Positions 25,998 through 38,867 of a stretch of 64,000 bases of DNA are shown in pieces. The stretch's first letter is position 1, and every line of letters begins with the position of its first letter. The DNA lies in assembly GCF_963921235.1 (NCBI RefSeq), contig NC_086109.1:14448001-14512000 (forward strand), written 5' to 3'. The DNA is from Mobula hypostoma (lineage: Eukaryota). The notes under the pieces were generated by a model. That model did no database searches, was not told the origin of the DNA, and saw only the letters and a program-made list of their open reading frames with translations. Made by a program: the position numbers and the translations under genes.

Positions 25998-26177
25998 TGC
26001 CGTGGCTCCTTCAATTCTCCTGGTGTCCAAGGTGCTCTTCCCTTTCTCCGCCTGCTCCCAGATGTCCTCGATAGAATAGGCCCAGAGGCTGCTCTCAGTG
26101 GGAAGAGGAGGGACTACAGGCAGCGGCCCTTGCTGCAGGTAGGACTGCGGAAGGGGCGGTCGAGGCGGCCGGGTCTC
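25998..26177 (-). CDS. PLEKHA6: PLEKHA6 proline-rich exon ETRPPRPPLPQSYLQQGPLPVVPPLPTESSLW...RIEGATA
   Basis: ttgtctcag|GAG...GCA|gtaagt; 180 nt, phase 0-0; PPRPPLP and PPLP motifs typical of PLEKHA5/6/7. Confidence 0.9.
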
Positions 26178-26982
26178 CTGAGACAAAGAGCGAGCAAAGC
26201 ATTAAGAGTAACTGCAAAGCCAGCAAGACCGTGAGCAAGAGGAGGTTAGTGTTTGGAAGGACTCCCCAGTGAAATGCGGCTTCAGCCTAGAAGCATGGGC
26301 CATAACCTAATGAAGCTTCTATCCCACTGTTACCAGACACTTGAACTGACCTCTTATATGATAAGATGTACTCTTGGTCTTACACTCTACCTCCTTATGA
26401 TCTTACACTTTACTGCTTACCTGCACTGCACTATTTTGGTAGCTTTTACACTCTATTCTGCACCGTTATTGTTTTACCTTATTTTAGCTCAATGCACTGC
26501 GTAATGATTTGATCTGTACAAAGAGTATGCAAGACAAACTTTTCACTGTGTTTTGGTACATGTGACGATAATCAACCAATATCAATATTAAATGGGAATT
26601 GGAGCACTTTCTGTCTCTCTCTGTCCTTTCTCTGTGAAGACTCCTAACATCTCCCCTGCTCTTCACTGTTACTTAGTCCCACAGACACTGGCGGCTACGT
26701 ATCACCAAGATCACAGCGTTATGCAAAATGTAAACAGACTATTTTGCCTAGAACATCCATAACAACCATCCATTTTAGTCCACCTTCCAGCATGTGGTCT
26801 GGTCTTCTATGCCTGGGCGACACGTGCTCATCGAGACACTTCTTAAATGCTATCAGCGAGCCTGCCTCCATCACTCTCTCCTGCAGTGTCTCTCTGCGCT
26901 GGGAAGGCTATCAAACTCTGGGAGAACCACTACATCACAAGCAAGTGGACCACACCCAGAGATGTCCTGTCCGGGGATTAGT

Positions 26983-27015
26983 GGGGGGGGGGGGTGTGTG
27001 TGTGTGTGTGTGTGT
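26983..27015. repeat. poly-G followed by (GT)n microsatellite
   Basis: Read directly from the sequence. Confidence 0.9.
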
Positions 27016-28854
27016 CTACGTATAAGTGGGTGGGTGGTGAGGGCTTGTTTTGCTGTTGTTGCCTTGTTTTGTTCTGTTGTAGCTGATGCTTCTGTTGTTC
27101 TGCAGAATACTGTGGGCCTTTATGTGTGATGACACATTCCACGACACATCCTTGGGTTTGTTGGTTGTTAATGCAAGTGACTATGTACATGGGATTAATC
27201 TGACCTTCATGACTTTCAATAGGTTCTTGACTAAACACTTGAAGAAACTTATAAAGCTATGGATCTGTGGTGGAAAGTGAGATTAGCTTCAATAGTTCTT
27301 TAGGACCAACATGAACACAACAGAGTGATTGCACTCTTGTGCTGAAATCAATGACTATCATTCTCTGAATAGTTCCCACTTTACCCTTATTGATCCAATG
27401 ACATGTGCTCTATGGCTGGGGATATCTTTGAGTAGGTCTGGAAATGAGAGCCAAACAGGCTCAACTTGCTTTGAGGGAGATATGACAAACTATGGTCTTC
27501 CACTAACATGAGAAAACCTGAAGTTTGCAGTTGCTATGATGTTCCACTGCTGCCTGGGTATTCTGTACCATTCAGAGTACAAGGTAATCCCTAATTGGGT
27601 ATTGTACAATTCTGACCAGTGAGAAGGTCCTGCCCTTCAGCATTGACACACTTTATCACAAGCATGCTCAAACTCTGCAACGTAGAGAACTTTCGGAAGT
27701 CCGACCCATTCCACAGAACTTTCATTCTGTATTTGAAAGAGTAATGCTAGCTAACCAAAGCAAAACAAGGTTTGCAGATCCATCCCTGGTTGGTAGGGCT
27801 ACCTCTGCTGTATAGTAACTGTTATCCCACAAGCTTCCAAAATTTGATTCACTTGTTTCCAAAGGAAATTCAGAACCAGTTCCCTGCGTAGCCAGTTGAA
27901 TGCTGCTGAGGGCGGATTTCGATTAATCTAATTATTCCTCAATATCTGCAAGCCAATGGAGAAAGTCTGAAGTTAATGACCTTGGAGATGTCCTGATGCT
28001 GGGGCGGGGGGGGGGGTCTGTTGGGACAGAAGGGCGGATTGTCCCCCCTAAAACTCCACACCTAGTTCCCGGTTTGTTAGTGCACACTGAAGCAGAACTG
28101 TGGCAAAGTTAACAGGTAGCAACTTGGAAAATAACAGGTGAAAATTCTATCAGACCCAACATTAACGTACAACAAGAGTAAAGGGATGATATACCAACTT
28201 TAGCCCATTTACTTGGTACTTGCCAGTAAAAAAAAACAGGAATTTTCTGCCCCATAATTTTTGTCTATTTTAATTGTTACTCCAATTTCGTTTTGAGAGT
28301 TCCTATTTTTCACTTGCCCCTTTCTCCTTCCGCTGGTACTGTAGATTTTGTGCCCTGCCTACAAGTGAAAGAGGAACACAGGGATTAGAAGGGCCTAAGG
28401 CTCACTGTAGAAGATATAAACCATCAGATGAGTAAAAGATTGCTCAGCATTGGGGCTGGAGGGTTGATGGAACTGGGCACTGAATCAAATGGTCCTCCAG
28501 TGCAGTTGCTAGCTGCAGGAAGGTGGGACAACATCTCTGGACATACCAAGGAAGTGGAGAAATGATGATCATCACAGATTTTCCATATTACATTTGGATC
28601 TGGGACTACTTGTACTCAAACTTCCCTCAAGAGATGAAGTGGGACAGAGTCGGATCTATGGCAGGGAGAAGTGGGAAGAAGAGCAGTTTGACATCTCTGC
28701 TGTTTTACATCGTTCAAACTTTGCTTTCGCTCAACACTGAACTCATTCTTTCTAGCTCATTGAAACACCAATGCAGCTGCATTCAACCACAAATACACAG
28801 AGATAAGAGCATGTTTCAAAGTCAGGACGCACTTGCCGGAAAAAGATAGTCAAT

Positions 28855-28892
28855 TATAATTCAAGTTGATGTCTATAATTCAAGTTGATGTC
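28855..28892. repeat. Perfect 19-bp tandem duplication TATAATTCAAGTTGATGTC
   Basis: Read directly from the sequence. Confidence 0.9.
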
Positions 28893-29109
28893 ATTAATTT
28901 AGATTGATTTTCCATTTTCTGCTGAAGTGTTTACTGCAAAAGCTAACAGTACGAGGGGACAGAATTGGAATACTGGAAGGTGAAAAGCACTTAGAGTGAT
29001 GCTGAATCAAACTGAGATTAATTCATATTTCCTACAGTATCATCCATTTTTCATCCCATTAAACAAAGTGAGCCTGGGTCATCCCAGCAGGGACTGGGAG
29101 TGCGCTTAC

Positions 29110-29246
29110 CTCACCAGCTGCTTGCTGAGCTGACAGATGAGAATCAGAGATGGGAGAGAAGGGGCTCATGGGACTGACGGGGCTGTTAGAGCTCAGCGGA
29201 CTGGCAGGGTTGTTGGAGCCGAAAGTCCCCATCTGGGTGCCAGGCA
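29110..29246 (-). CDS. PLEKHA6: PLEKHA6 exon (V)PGTQMGTFGSNNPASPLSSNSPVSPMSPFSPISDSHLSAQQAAGE
   Basis: ttttcctgtag|TG...GAG|gtaagc; 137 nt, phase 1-0; SP-rich segment. Confidence 0.92.
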
Positions 29247-29559
29247 CTACAGGAAAAAAAACGGTAAATTAAATATTACTAACGACAGGTCTGAATTACC
29301 CTGTCATTAACACTCCTCCATTCCCTGTGATCATGTCATCTACCCAGCCACGGGGTTAAACGGCATGCCATGCACTTTCAATTAAGATCACCCTACTGAA
29401 CATCCCCATTGTCTCCTTAAATCACAGCATACGACTTGGGAGAGGGAATTTCTGCATCTTGATCACACAAGTTCACAACATTCACCTTTGAAACTGACTG
29501 AGGAGAAAACTGGCCCTTTTACTGATGGCCTTGCATTTACATAGCACCCTTTTGGACAT

Positions 29560-29910
29560 AGAGTAGGCACAGAACAGCCCCTTCAGCCCATCTAGTCCAT
29601 GCCGAACCATTTAAAATGCCTACTCTATTGACCTGAACCTGGACCATAACTCTCTATACCCTTACCATCCATGTAGCTATCCCAAACTTCGCCTAAACGT
29701 TGAAATCAAGCTTGCATGCACCACTTACTCTGGCAGATCATTCTACACTCTCATGACCCTCTGAGTGAAGTTTCCCCTCATATTCCCCTTAAACTTTACA
29801 CCTTTCACCCTTAACCCATGACCTCTACTTGTAGTCCCACCCAACCTCAGTGGAAAAAGCCTGCTTGTCTTTACCCTACTATATCCCTCATAATTTTGTA
29901 TACCTCTATC
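29560..29910 (-). mobile_element. CR1 3' fragment
   Basis: Reverse complement of the CR1 ORF2 end and 3' UTR. Confidence 0.8.
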
Positions 29911-30139
29911 AGATCTCAAAATTCTTTGTAGCTAGTGAGGTAGGTGTGAAGTCACTCTCATAAGACAGTAGAGGGGATGGTCGCATTTGTGCAGTGAACA
30001 CTGTACCATCAAATCTGTAACAGCACAGGGAGCAATCTTTCCTAACTCTCTCGGTAAATTTTCTTCCCTCGTTCCCATCAACAACCCCTCTCACAACACA
30101 GATTCAACCATTCACTAAGGGCAAATGAGACCACATTTA

Positions 30140-30605
30140 CTAGAATGTTACCTGGGTTTCAGCACCTAAGTTACAGAGAAGGGTTGAACAAGTTAGGTCT
30201 TTATTCTTTGGAGCGTAGAAGGTTGAGGGGGGGACTTGATAGAGGTATTTAAAATTATGAGGGGGATAGATAGAGCTGACGTGGATAGACTTTTTCCACT
30301 GAGAGTAGGGAAGATTCAAACAAGAGGACATGAGTTGAGAGTTAGGGGGCAAAAGTTTAGGGGTAACACGAAGGCGAACTTCTTTACTCAGAGAGTGGTA
30401 GCTGTGTGGAACGAGCTTCCAGTAGAAGTGGTAGAGGCAGGCTCGATATTGTCATTTAAAGTAAAATTGGATAGCTATATGAACAGGAAAGGAATGGAAA
30501 GTTATGGGCTGAGTGCAGGTTGGTGGGACTAGGTGAGAGTAAGCATTCGGCATGGACTAGGAGGGCTGAGACAGCATGTTTCTGTGCTGTAATTGTTACA
30601 TGGTT
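30140..30605 (+). mobile_element. CR1 3' fragment
   Basis: IEVFKIMRGIDR...TRGHELRVRG...FFTQRVVAVWNELP. Confidence 0.88.
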
Positions 30606-31081
30606 AACCTTCCATCCCATCCACCTTTGGGATGTGGGAAGAAACTAGATTGAGCTGCACGATTACAGGGATGATGCATAAAAACATCAGAAAGCAGCAG
30701 AGGTCATGATTGAATCCAGATCACTGATGCTATGAGGCAGCAGTAACCAGCTGTACCACTCTGCGTCCAAATTAAACTCATGTTCTGGTCATCTGCTTTT
30801 AGTTATGGTGGCCAGGACATTATAAAGAACTCTCCTACTCCTGTCTGAGTCAGTGCAGTGGTCTCCCTCCCACGGAAGCTGAAAGCAGTTCATCATTCAC
30901 CGATCACTGATCACTAGCAAACCTGTACAGATGCACTAATGAACATACCCTGACTAGTTGTATATGGTCTGGTGAACACAAGAAGCTGCAGATAGTGGAC
31001 GTTTTCCAATATGCCAATGGCACATTCCTTCCCCTCATCAGCAGTAACTAAATGAGGTGTACTCTCAAGCTGGGCGACATA

Positions 31082-31348
31082 CACTCAGTGGCCACTTTAT
31101 TAGGGCTGTTTTGCATGAAAATCCCAGGAGTTCAGTAATTTCATAGATCTTCAAACCACCCCATCTGGCGCCAACAATCATCCCAAGGTCAAAGTCACTT
31201 AGATCACATTCCATCCCCATTCTGATGTTTGGTCTGAGCAACAACTGAACCTCTTCGACCATGAGTATGCTGCCACATGATTGGTTGATTTAATAGTTGA
31301 ATTAATGAGCAGGTGTATAGGTGTACCTAATAAAGTAGCCACTGAGTG
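31082..31348 (-). mobile_element. Tc1/mariner MITE (267 bp)
   Basis: 23-bp TIRs CACTCAGTGGCCACTTTATTAGG / CCTAATAAAGTAGCCACTGAGTG (1 mismatch), TA on both sides; internal transposase HTH remnant DLSDFDLGMIVGARWGGL...ELLGFS. Confidence 0.92.
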
Positions 31349-31350
31349 TA

Positions 31351-31770
31351 GAGTCATAGAGTACTACAACACAGGCCATTTGGCCCATCCAGTCCATGCC
31401 GACCCAATCTTTTGTCTAGTCTTATCTACCTGCACTTGCACCATATCCCTCCAAACCTCTCCTATCATAACTGCTTTTAAACGTTACTATTGAACCACAT
31501 CTCATTCCAGAGGCGCAACCCATTGGCAACTCATTCCACACTCACACCTATCCCTGAGTGAAGAAGTTTCCCCTTAGATTCACCTTGAATGTCTTACTTT
31601 CCACCCTAAACTTATGATCTCTAGTTTTAATCTCGTCCAACCTGAGGAAAAAAAGCCTGCATACTACATAGTCACCCCATCTATACCACTCATAATTTGT
31701 ATACCTCTATAATATTTCCCCTCATTCTCCTGCACTTAAGGGAATAAAACCCTAACCTATTAAAGTTCTC
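31351..31770 (-). mobile_element. CR1 3' fragment
   Basis: ggcaactcattccacactcac...ctcataatttgtatacctctat. Confidence 0.75.
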
Positions 31771-32266
31771 CCAACCATCTATCACCAAAGATCCCTGCCA
31801 TCTGTGCCATACCATCTTCTCACAGCTACCATTCAGCAAGTACAGAAGCCCCACGCCACCACGTTCAAGAACAGCTACTTCCCTTCAACCATTCAGTTCT
31901 TGAAATGACTTGCACATCTCTGACTAATCACTGTATTAGTAATAATAACACAATGATCATTTTGACCACTGTGCACTACAACGTGACTTTGCTTTTGTGT
32001 ACTTTACTGTACAAATTGTGTGCAACTTATGTTTAATTTAGAATTGTGTTGTGATTGCTGCTCACCTGATTCCAACATACCTATGATGCCATTGCAAGCA
32101 AGTTTTTCATTGCACCTGTACATTTGACTATAAATTCAACTTTAGATTCAACAATCTTAAATAACTGGCCCTTCCAATTTCAAAGGTTATCCACCTGAAA
32201 ATTAAATCAGTTTCTCTATCTCTGCATACATGTACTTGTGTATATGACATTGAACTCCACTTAGAC

Positions 32267-32333
32267 CAGCGGTTCCCAAACCTTTTTATGCCACGGACCA
32301 ATGCCATTAAGGACTCCAGATTGGGAACCCCTG
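32267..32333. mobile_element. 67-bp hAT-type MITE; related copies at ~37290-37355 and ~56600-56660
   Basis: TIRs CAGCGGTTCCCAA / TTGGGAACCCCTG; 8-bp TSD ACTTAGAC / ACTTTGAC. Confidence 0.82.
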
Positions 32334-32905
32334 ACTTTGACTTTGACTTTGGTGCTGAGAAGGAGCAGATTCTATCACAATATTCCCCTTGAATATTTTA
32401 TCTTTCACTCTAAACCTATGACCACTAGTTCTAATTTCCAATTTCACCCAACCTCAAAGGAAAAAAAGCATGCATGTATTCACCCGATCTATACCCCTCA
32501 TAACTTATAGATCTCCCCACATTCTCCTGCACTCCAGGGAATATAGTCCTAACCTATTCAACTTTTCCCTACTATCCATTGTGGTGAGAATTGAACCCAC
32601 AACCTTCTGACTCTCAGACTAGTGGGCTAAATCCGAGGCAAGGACAGCATCTGAGGAAAGTGCTCTGGGGTTTGTGATTTTTAAAGTCTAAAAGATACAA
32701 CTAATTCATATTAGATCATCATAAATTAGTTCCCCTGGAACAGAACTTTGTGTGACAGAGACATTCTCCCTGCCCTTAGCCCAAGTCAGGACATTAAAAA
32801 GTTCGACAGGTAAATCCATTACACCTCATGTCACCATTAGCTATCCAGGGACCCAGAGCTCCCTGCATATTATTAGTGAGGTAATGGCTATGGGAGATCC
32901 TGTAC

Positions 32906-33020
32906 CATTCTGTTTGACAGGCTCTGCTGTAACTCTCTCAGGATAGGTCTTCCTCAGGCCCTCCATGACATCCTGGATTTTCCAGAGTTCCTTCTGAATG
33001 TGCTTATACCCCATTTCAAC
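32906..33020 (-). CDS. PLEKHA6: PLEKHA6 exon VEMGYKHIQKELWKIQDVMEGLRKTYPERVTAEPVKQN
   Basis: ctttttcag|GTT...AAT G|gtacag; 115 nt, phase 0-1; the donor is weak but fits the phase of the next exon. Confidence 0.9.
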
Positions 33021-33256
33021 CTGAAAAAGTAACACAAGAGCCATTTACTATCCCTCAATGTACATCTTTTACATTAAAAGCTTCATTAGTTTATGTTAGA
33101 TACTTAAAGTCATTGTGATTGGATGGTTAGGATGCACGGTGTCATGAGTTAGGGGTGGGTGAGAAGATTATTGGTTTAACCTCAATCCCAGATTAATTTC
33201 TCTCAGCATGGATGATAACTGATCATTCTATATTTATGATTCGATGGCAGTGTTAC

Positions 33257-33358
33257 CTGCGTTCCCATTGGCCTGTTCAGCTGCTCCCACAGGTCATTGT
33301 GAATGATGGACAACTCCATTCTGAGGGCATCGCACTCCATTTTTGTGTTTGCAAAGGT
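33257..33358 (-). CDS. PLEKHA6: PLEKHA6 exon TFANTKMECDALRMELSIIHNDLWEQLNRPMGTQ
   Basis: ctgttttag|ACC...CAG|gtaaca; 102 nt, phase 0-0; conserved DLWEQLN. Confidence 0.93.
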
Positions 33359-33644
33359 CTAAAACAGGTGTAATGTGCAAAGCAGGACCAGAATACAAGT
33401 CAATACATGTCTTTGAAACTCTTAACATCTAAAAAATGTTCAATTAAAAAAATAAACGACTGGCCTTAAATCCATGACTTAATTTTTCTCTGAAGGCAAA
33501 GCAGTGGATATAACAAAGAGTGACTCCCAGTATATGAAGCATTCACTGCTGATCGGTTACCTTTACTTACATCTCTGATAGCATGACTGCAGAAAAAGCT
33601 TGGGGCTACCATATCCAGCTTGTAAGCAAAGACTTAGTGCAGAA

Positions 33645-33840
33645 AAAGTTCTGCAGATGCTGGAAATCCAGAGCAACACACAAGATGCTGCAGGAACTCA
33701 GCAGATCAGGCAGCATCTATTGAGAGGAATAGGCAGTCGATGTTCCGAGTCAAGATCCTTCATCCTGATATCAACCATATCCTCATCTCCAAAGATACTT
33801 ACTGATCTGCTGAGTTCCTCCAACAGTTTGTGTATTGTTC
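33645..33840. mobile_element. PLE-derived hairpin element
   Basis: ctgcagatgctggaaatccagagcaacacaca...ggaactcagcagatcag / ctgatctgctgagttcc. Confidence 0.75.
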
Positions 33841-35337
33841 AGAACATGGTGCACTCCAGCCCACCTCAGCACAGACCAGTCAATTATTTTTCTTGTCTGC
33901 CATCAGTAAGAACTTCCTGTGCATCCCAGTAAAGTAATGAGAATTACCACCACCATTTTGCTGAAGTCTGTGGCTTTAAGCCAACTCAGGATGGCATCAG
34001 TCTGCAGACCAATGCACCTTTCTAATAGCTCAAACTCCCATGGTCTGCCAGGTGTTATGGGCAAGGTGACCTTAAGTGGATGATGCAATAGATTTCACGA
34101 CACAAGAACCTCAACAGCCTTGACCACCTGTACCTTGAGTCAAATCACCATTTGGACAGGCATGTCATTGTCAGCTTGCTGCCCTGATGGGGCTTCTGGA
34201 CCGAGCAATTATCTGGATAATTCAGAAGCAGCTGAGAAAGCAGTAAAATAGTCTAACAGAAATGATTAGCGATCTATTGTTTTACTGAAATCGTGATAAT
34301 TATTCTGTTAAAGTTTAATCTATCCATTCAACTACTGTATTTTACAGGCTGTTACTGCTTGGAAAGTAGTGATCAAAGAAAAAAAAACTGGACTCTAAAC
34401 TTCCGCGGAATTCTTTTAATGGATACGGATTAGGGAGTCAAAATTGAGTTCAATGTCATCCTGATGCTAAATTTAGAACGTATCTCTCTATTAAGATATG
34501 TCCAGGTACCCTTTTCTTTGAATTGTTCATACAATACCAGCAAGGCTGCCATTTCAAATCCATCCGCAATTGAGCATTAAATTCATTGGTTGCTTTGGAG
34601 TCTTATTGAAGCCAGGGTAGCGATTCAGATGGTCCTTCACAACAGATTATCATCACCATTATTGAGACTATGTGATTAATTACCTGAACTTAAATTTCCC
34701 AGCAGTGTGGATGGGATGGTGATCCTAGGTCACAGTCCAGGACTCTGGATATTGGACGAGTAACTTATCCGTTCTGCCAACACTGACTGTACTGTAATGG
34801 ATATGCTTGCATATGTTCTTGTTTAAGGCTGCCTTAGAAGTAGTGGCACAGGTAGACATTACAATGAAGAATTTGTTTGCCTTTGTTGGTTGGGGCACTG
34901 AGTACCAGAGTTGGGATTTCTTGTTGCAGTCGTACAGGACAATGGTGAGTGTGTGTCTCTGGTCACCATGCCATAGGAAGAATGTGATTAAGCTAGAGAG
35001 GCTGCAGAAAAGCCGCACAAGGATATTGCTGGGTCTGGAGGGCTTGAGCTACAAAGAGAGACTGGATAGGCAGGGAACACACACAAAATGCTGGAGGCAG
35101 CATCTATGGAAAAGAGCACAATCGTCGTTTCAGGCCATGAATCTTCGGCAGCGTTGCTTGGATTTCCAGCATCCGCAGAGTTTCACTTGTTTGTGACTGG
35201 ATAGGCAGGAACTATTTTCCCAGAAGAAAAGAAATGCGAAAGGTGACCTTACTGAGGCCTCCATTGGTCAGAGTCAACCATGGGTGTTATGTCCTAGTGT
35301 CTAGATGTACAGTAGAATATAGAGAGCAAGCTCATCA

Positions 35338-35460
35338 CAAACAAGAGAAAATCTGCAGATGCAAGAAATCAAAGCAACACACAAAAAATGTTGGAGGAAC
35401 TCAGCAGGAATCCTTAGATGCTGCCTGGCGTGCTGAGTTCCTCCAGCATTTTGTGGGTGC
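35338..35460. mobile_element. PLE-derived hairpin element, internally deleted
   Basis: tggaggaactcagca / tgctgagttcctcca inverted arms. Confidence 0.7.
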
Positions 35461-36219
35461 TGCATTGACAGCAAGCTGTTGCCCAGGAAGCATGCCAGCC
35501 TGTTCCACGCATCAATTAACTCAAAGGAATGGCAGAGTCTGAGACAGTTTGGCACCAGCAGTGTCGCAGGAGTTGCCAGTCAATGTAGGACTGCCTTAAG
35601 GGTTCCAGCTTCGGAATTTCACCTCAAGATTTACTCCCAGAGTCTTCCCCATGAACGGGATTAGCTGCAAGGCTGTGGAGGTTTGAGATTAGAGTTTTCC
35701 CTCTCCTATAGGTGTGTGGTAGAAAGTGTGCTGGCTGGCTGCATTACGGCCTGGTACAGGAACATCAATGCCTTTGTGTGGAAAACCCTCCCAACCACTG
35801 AGCACATCTACATGAAACATTGTTGTAGAAAATCATCAAAGATCCTCACCCCCCAGGCTATGTTCTTTCCTCACTGCCGCCATCAGGTAGAAGGTACAAG
35901 AGCCTCAGGACTCACATACCAGGTTCAAGAACAGCTACTATCCCTCAATCGTCAGGTTCTTGAACAAAAGGGGATAGCTACACTCACCTAAAGTCTCTGC
36001 TATATTGTTATAGCATGCTCATTATTTATTGCTATTTATTTAATCTGCATTTGCAGTTTGTTTGCAGTTAACAGTTCCTGATGTTTAGAGTTTACAGTTA
36101 CTGTTTTATAGATTTGCAGAGAAAAAAATCCCAGGGTTGTATGCAGTGACATGCATGTACTCTGATAATAAATTTTACTTTGAACTTTGAACTTAAATGA
36201 GCTACCAACCAAGGCAACC

Positions 36220-36570
36220 TTGTGGAGGTGTATGAAATTATGAGGGGTAAAAATCATGAGGTAGACCCTCACAGATTTTGTTTACTCCTATAGGGTAGGG
36301 AACTCTAAAAGTAGAGGGTATAGCTTAAGGTGAGATGGGAAAGATTTTATGGAGACCTGAGGGCAACTTTTTCCACACAGAGGGTGGTGAGCACATGAAA
36401 CGAGCTGCCAGATGTGTAGAAGAGGCAGATACAGTTACAATTTTTAAATGACAGTTGGACAGGTAAACAGATGGGAGAAGTTTAGAGATATAGGCCAAAT
36501 GCAGGCAAATGGAACTAGGAACCAAATTAGCATGGATAAGATGGGCTGAAGGGCCCATTCTCAATATGGT
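36220..36570 (+). mobile_element. CR1 3' fragment
   Basis: gaggtgtatgaaattatgagggg...ggcaactttttccacacagagggtggtg. Confidence 0.78.
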
Positions 36571-36672
36571 TTAAGTCTATCAGGCTATCCTTCTGACTGT
36601 ATGTTATGCAAAGTTTAAAGCAATAAGATGAATCAGGACACAAATCAGCTCTCAGTAACCCTGCTCCCATAC

Positions 36673-36822
36673 CGTAGTTGCCTGTGAGAGTTCCCCACGA
36701 ATATTGACCAGCTGGTTCTGCAAAGACTCCTTTTTCTGTACCAGTTTCTCGGTGTAACTCGGTTGATTACGGTACATTGCTATCTCCCGATGGGTTGTTT
36801 CCAACGCACTTTCCAGAGATTC
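36673..36822 (-). CDS. PLEKHA6: PLEKHA6 exon ESLESALETTHREIAMYRNQPSYTEKLVQKKESLQNQLVNIRGELSQATT (coiled coil)
   Basis: caccctag|GAA...ACG|gtatgg; 150 nt, phase 0-0. Confidence 0.95.
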
Positions 36823-37014
36823 CTAGGGTGTAACAGAAGCAAAGATAAAGATTCGTCAGATCCACAATAGGAAAGGGCATTTAAAATGATCTAGAAATAA
36901 AAATGATGAACTAAAATAAAACACCCAGAGCCATGTTTTTAACCACTGGAGATAAATGAAATAAAAGACGACAAGTTAACCACTGTGTGCTGATGGCCTT
37001 CTGGAATTTGTGCA

Positions 37015-37450
37015 TTGGCTGATTTATTCCTTCAAACCCATTCTCTTGCCTTCTCACTGCCTTAGCCCTTACTAATCAAGAACCAATCAACCTCAGTTTT
37101 AATATACCCAATGACTTTGCCTCCACAGCCATCTGCAGCAATGAATTCCCCAGATTCATCACCTTCTTGCTCAAGAAATTCCTCCTCAGTTCTGTTCTAA
37201 ATGGACATCCTTCTATTTCTGAGGCTGTGCCCTCTGGTTTTAGACTCCTCCACTATAGGACACATCTTCTCCACATCCACTCTGTCTAAGCCAAAAGCTT
37301 CCAACCTGGGGTCCACAGATCCCTCGGTTAATGACAGGTGTCCATGGCATAAAGAATTTTGGGCTTTTCAATATTTAATAGGTTTCTGTGACATTAATCT
37401 TCATTCTTCTAAACTCTAGCAAGTTCAGGACCAGATTCACCAAACACTCT
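37015..37450 (-). mobile_element. CR1 3' fragment containing a small hAT-like MITE (~37290-37355)
   Basis: Similarity to 11750-12115; insert resembles 32267-32333. Confidence 0.72.
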
Positions 37451-37697
37451 TCCCTTCTACAATTAAATAACCTGTTTGACTTAAACATAGTCTCTTTCCA
37501 CTTACCCTGTTAATGTGTGTAGGGCCCAGCCTGCCCAAGTGTGGCAAGGAGGGAACTCAATTCAGTTAGTGATTCCCCTCCTAAATGTTTGGATGCTGGG
37601 CAAGGAAGAGTCAGAAGGTTCTATGGTGCAAAGATTTCCCTACACAAATGGGCCAAGATGCAGAGCTTTAGAATGAGAGTAAAAGTGTTAACTCTAC

Positions 37698-37778
37698 CTT
37701 CTCCTTCCGTAACTGGAGGACCCACTTCTCCTGCTCCCGCTGGTTCTTGGTCTGCTCGCAAAGTCGACCCAGCAATTT
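37698..37778 (-). CDS. PLEKHA6: PLEKHA6 exon KLLGRLCEQTKNQREQEKWVLQLRKEK (coiled coil)
   Basis: ggaaacag|AAA...AAG|gtagag; 81 nt, phase 0-0. Confidence 0.93.
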
Positions 37779-38818
37779 CTGTTTCCAAAGAAGAAGAGTA
37801 GTGCAGTTAATTTTCAGATGGAATTTCATCAGGATGACAGTGAGGCAGAGGTTCTCGCTTGTGAGAGCTGTCAGCTTCAACAACGCTGCCAAGTTGCAGC
37901 CTATCTTTTGCAGCTCAGGAAGCATGAAAAGCCCTTTGGGGAAAATAGTTCTTGTCGTAATTTATGAACTTGAGAGAAGATACTTGTAGGAAACTTAGAG
38001 TCATAACTCTAGGAAGTTAATTGTGGGCTAATGCCTACAATTGACATACTTTGATATGGAGATAATTTGTTTTACTTCATTCCTGGGATGTCCAAGAATA
38101 AGGCATCAACTTCAAGGATTAACGATCAACTTTATTCACCATATATTTACATGTATTAGAAATTTGCAGTGATGGCATTGGTCAGGGCGCCATATACAAC
38201 AAAAAACAACATTCAATGATTATATGAATAAAGAATTATATGAAAATAAAGTTAGAGATTAAAGTATGATATGGAATAAAATCTGCATAAATACATAACA
38301 GCAACATGATTTACAATGGAAACAGCATTGTTTTAAAGTGTTTACAGTGCTGTGCAGTACTGGGGGTAATAATAGAGGGTGATGGGGGTGGATAACTTGA
38401 TAGTTGATCAGATTAATTACCTGGGGGCAGAAGCTTTTTAAAACAGTGTGAATTTTTCGTTTTAGTAGTCCTATAGCATTTTCCAGAAGGGAGCTTTTGG
38501 AAAAGGCAGTTTGCAAAGTGGGTAGTGTCAACAATAATTTTTCCTGTCTGCTGCTTTGTCCAGGACACATGCAAGTCCTGCAGCCAGTGAATACTCCAGT
38601 GGCCCTCAAGAAGGTGGGGATGATCCACTTAACTCCTGTACATCGGGTATTGGGGAAGGAATTGGACCTGGTCACAATAAAGGAATAGAGATATGTTCCC
38701 AAGTTAGGAAAATATTTACAGTGAACTTGCAGTTCAAAGAGTAATTATAATATTTGTCCATACCCAATCCTTGCCATGAATGGTCCATGAACACCACGTC
38801 ACTTTTCCTAGTACATTT

Positions 38819-38823
<5 letters not shown>

Positions 38824-38862
<39 letters not shown>
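38824..38862. repeat. (TG)n microsatellite
   Basis: Read directly from the sequence. Confidence 0.95.
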
Positions 38863-38867
<5 letters not shown>

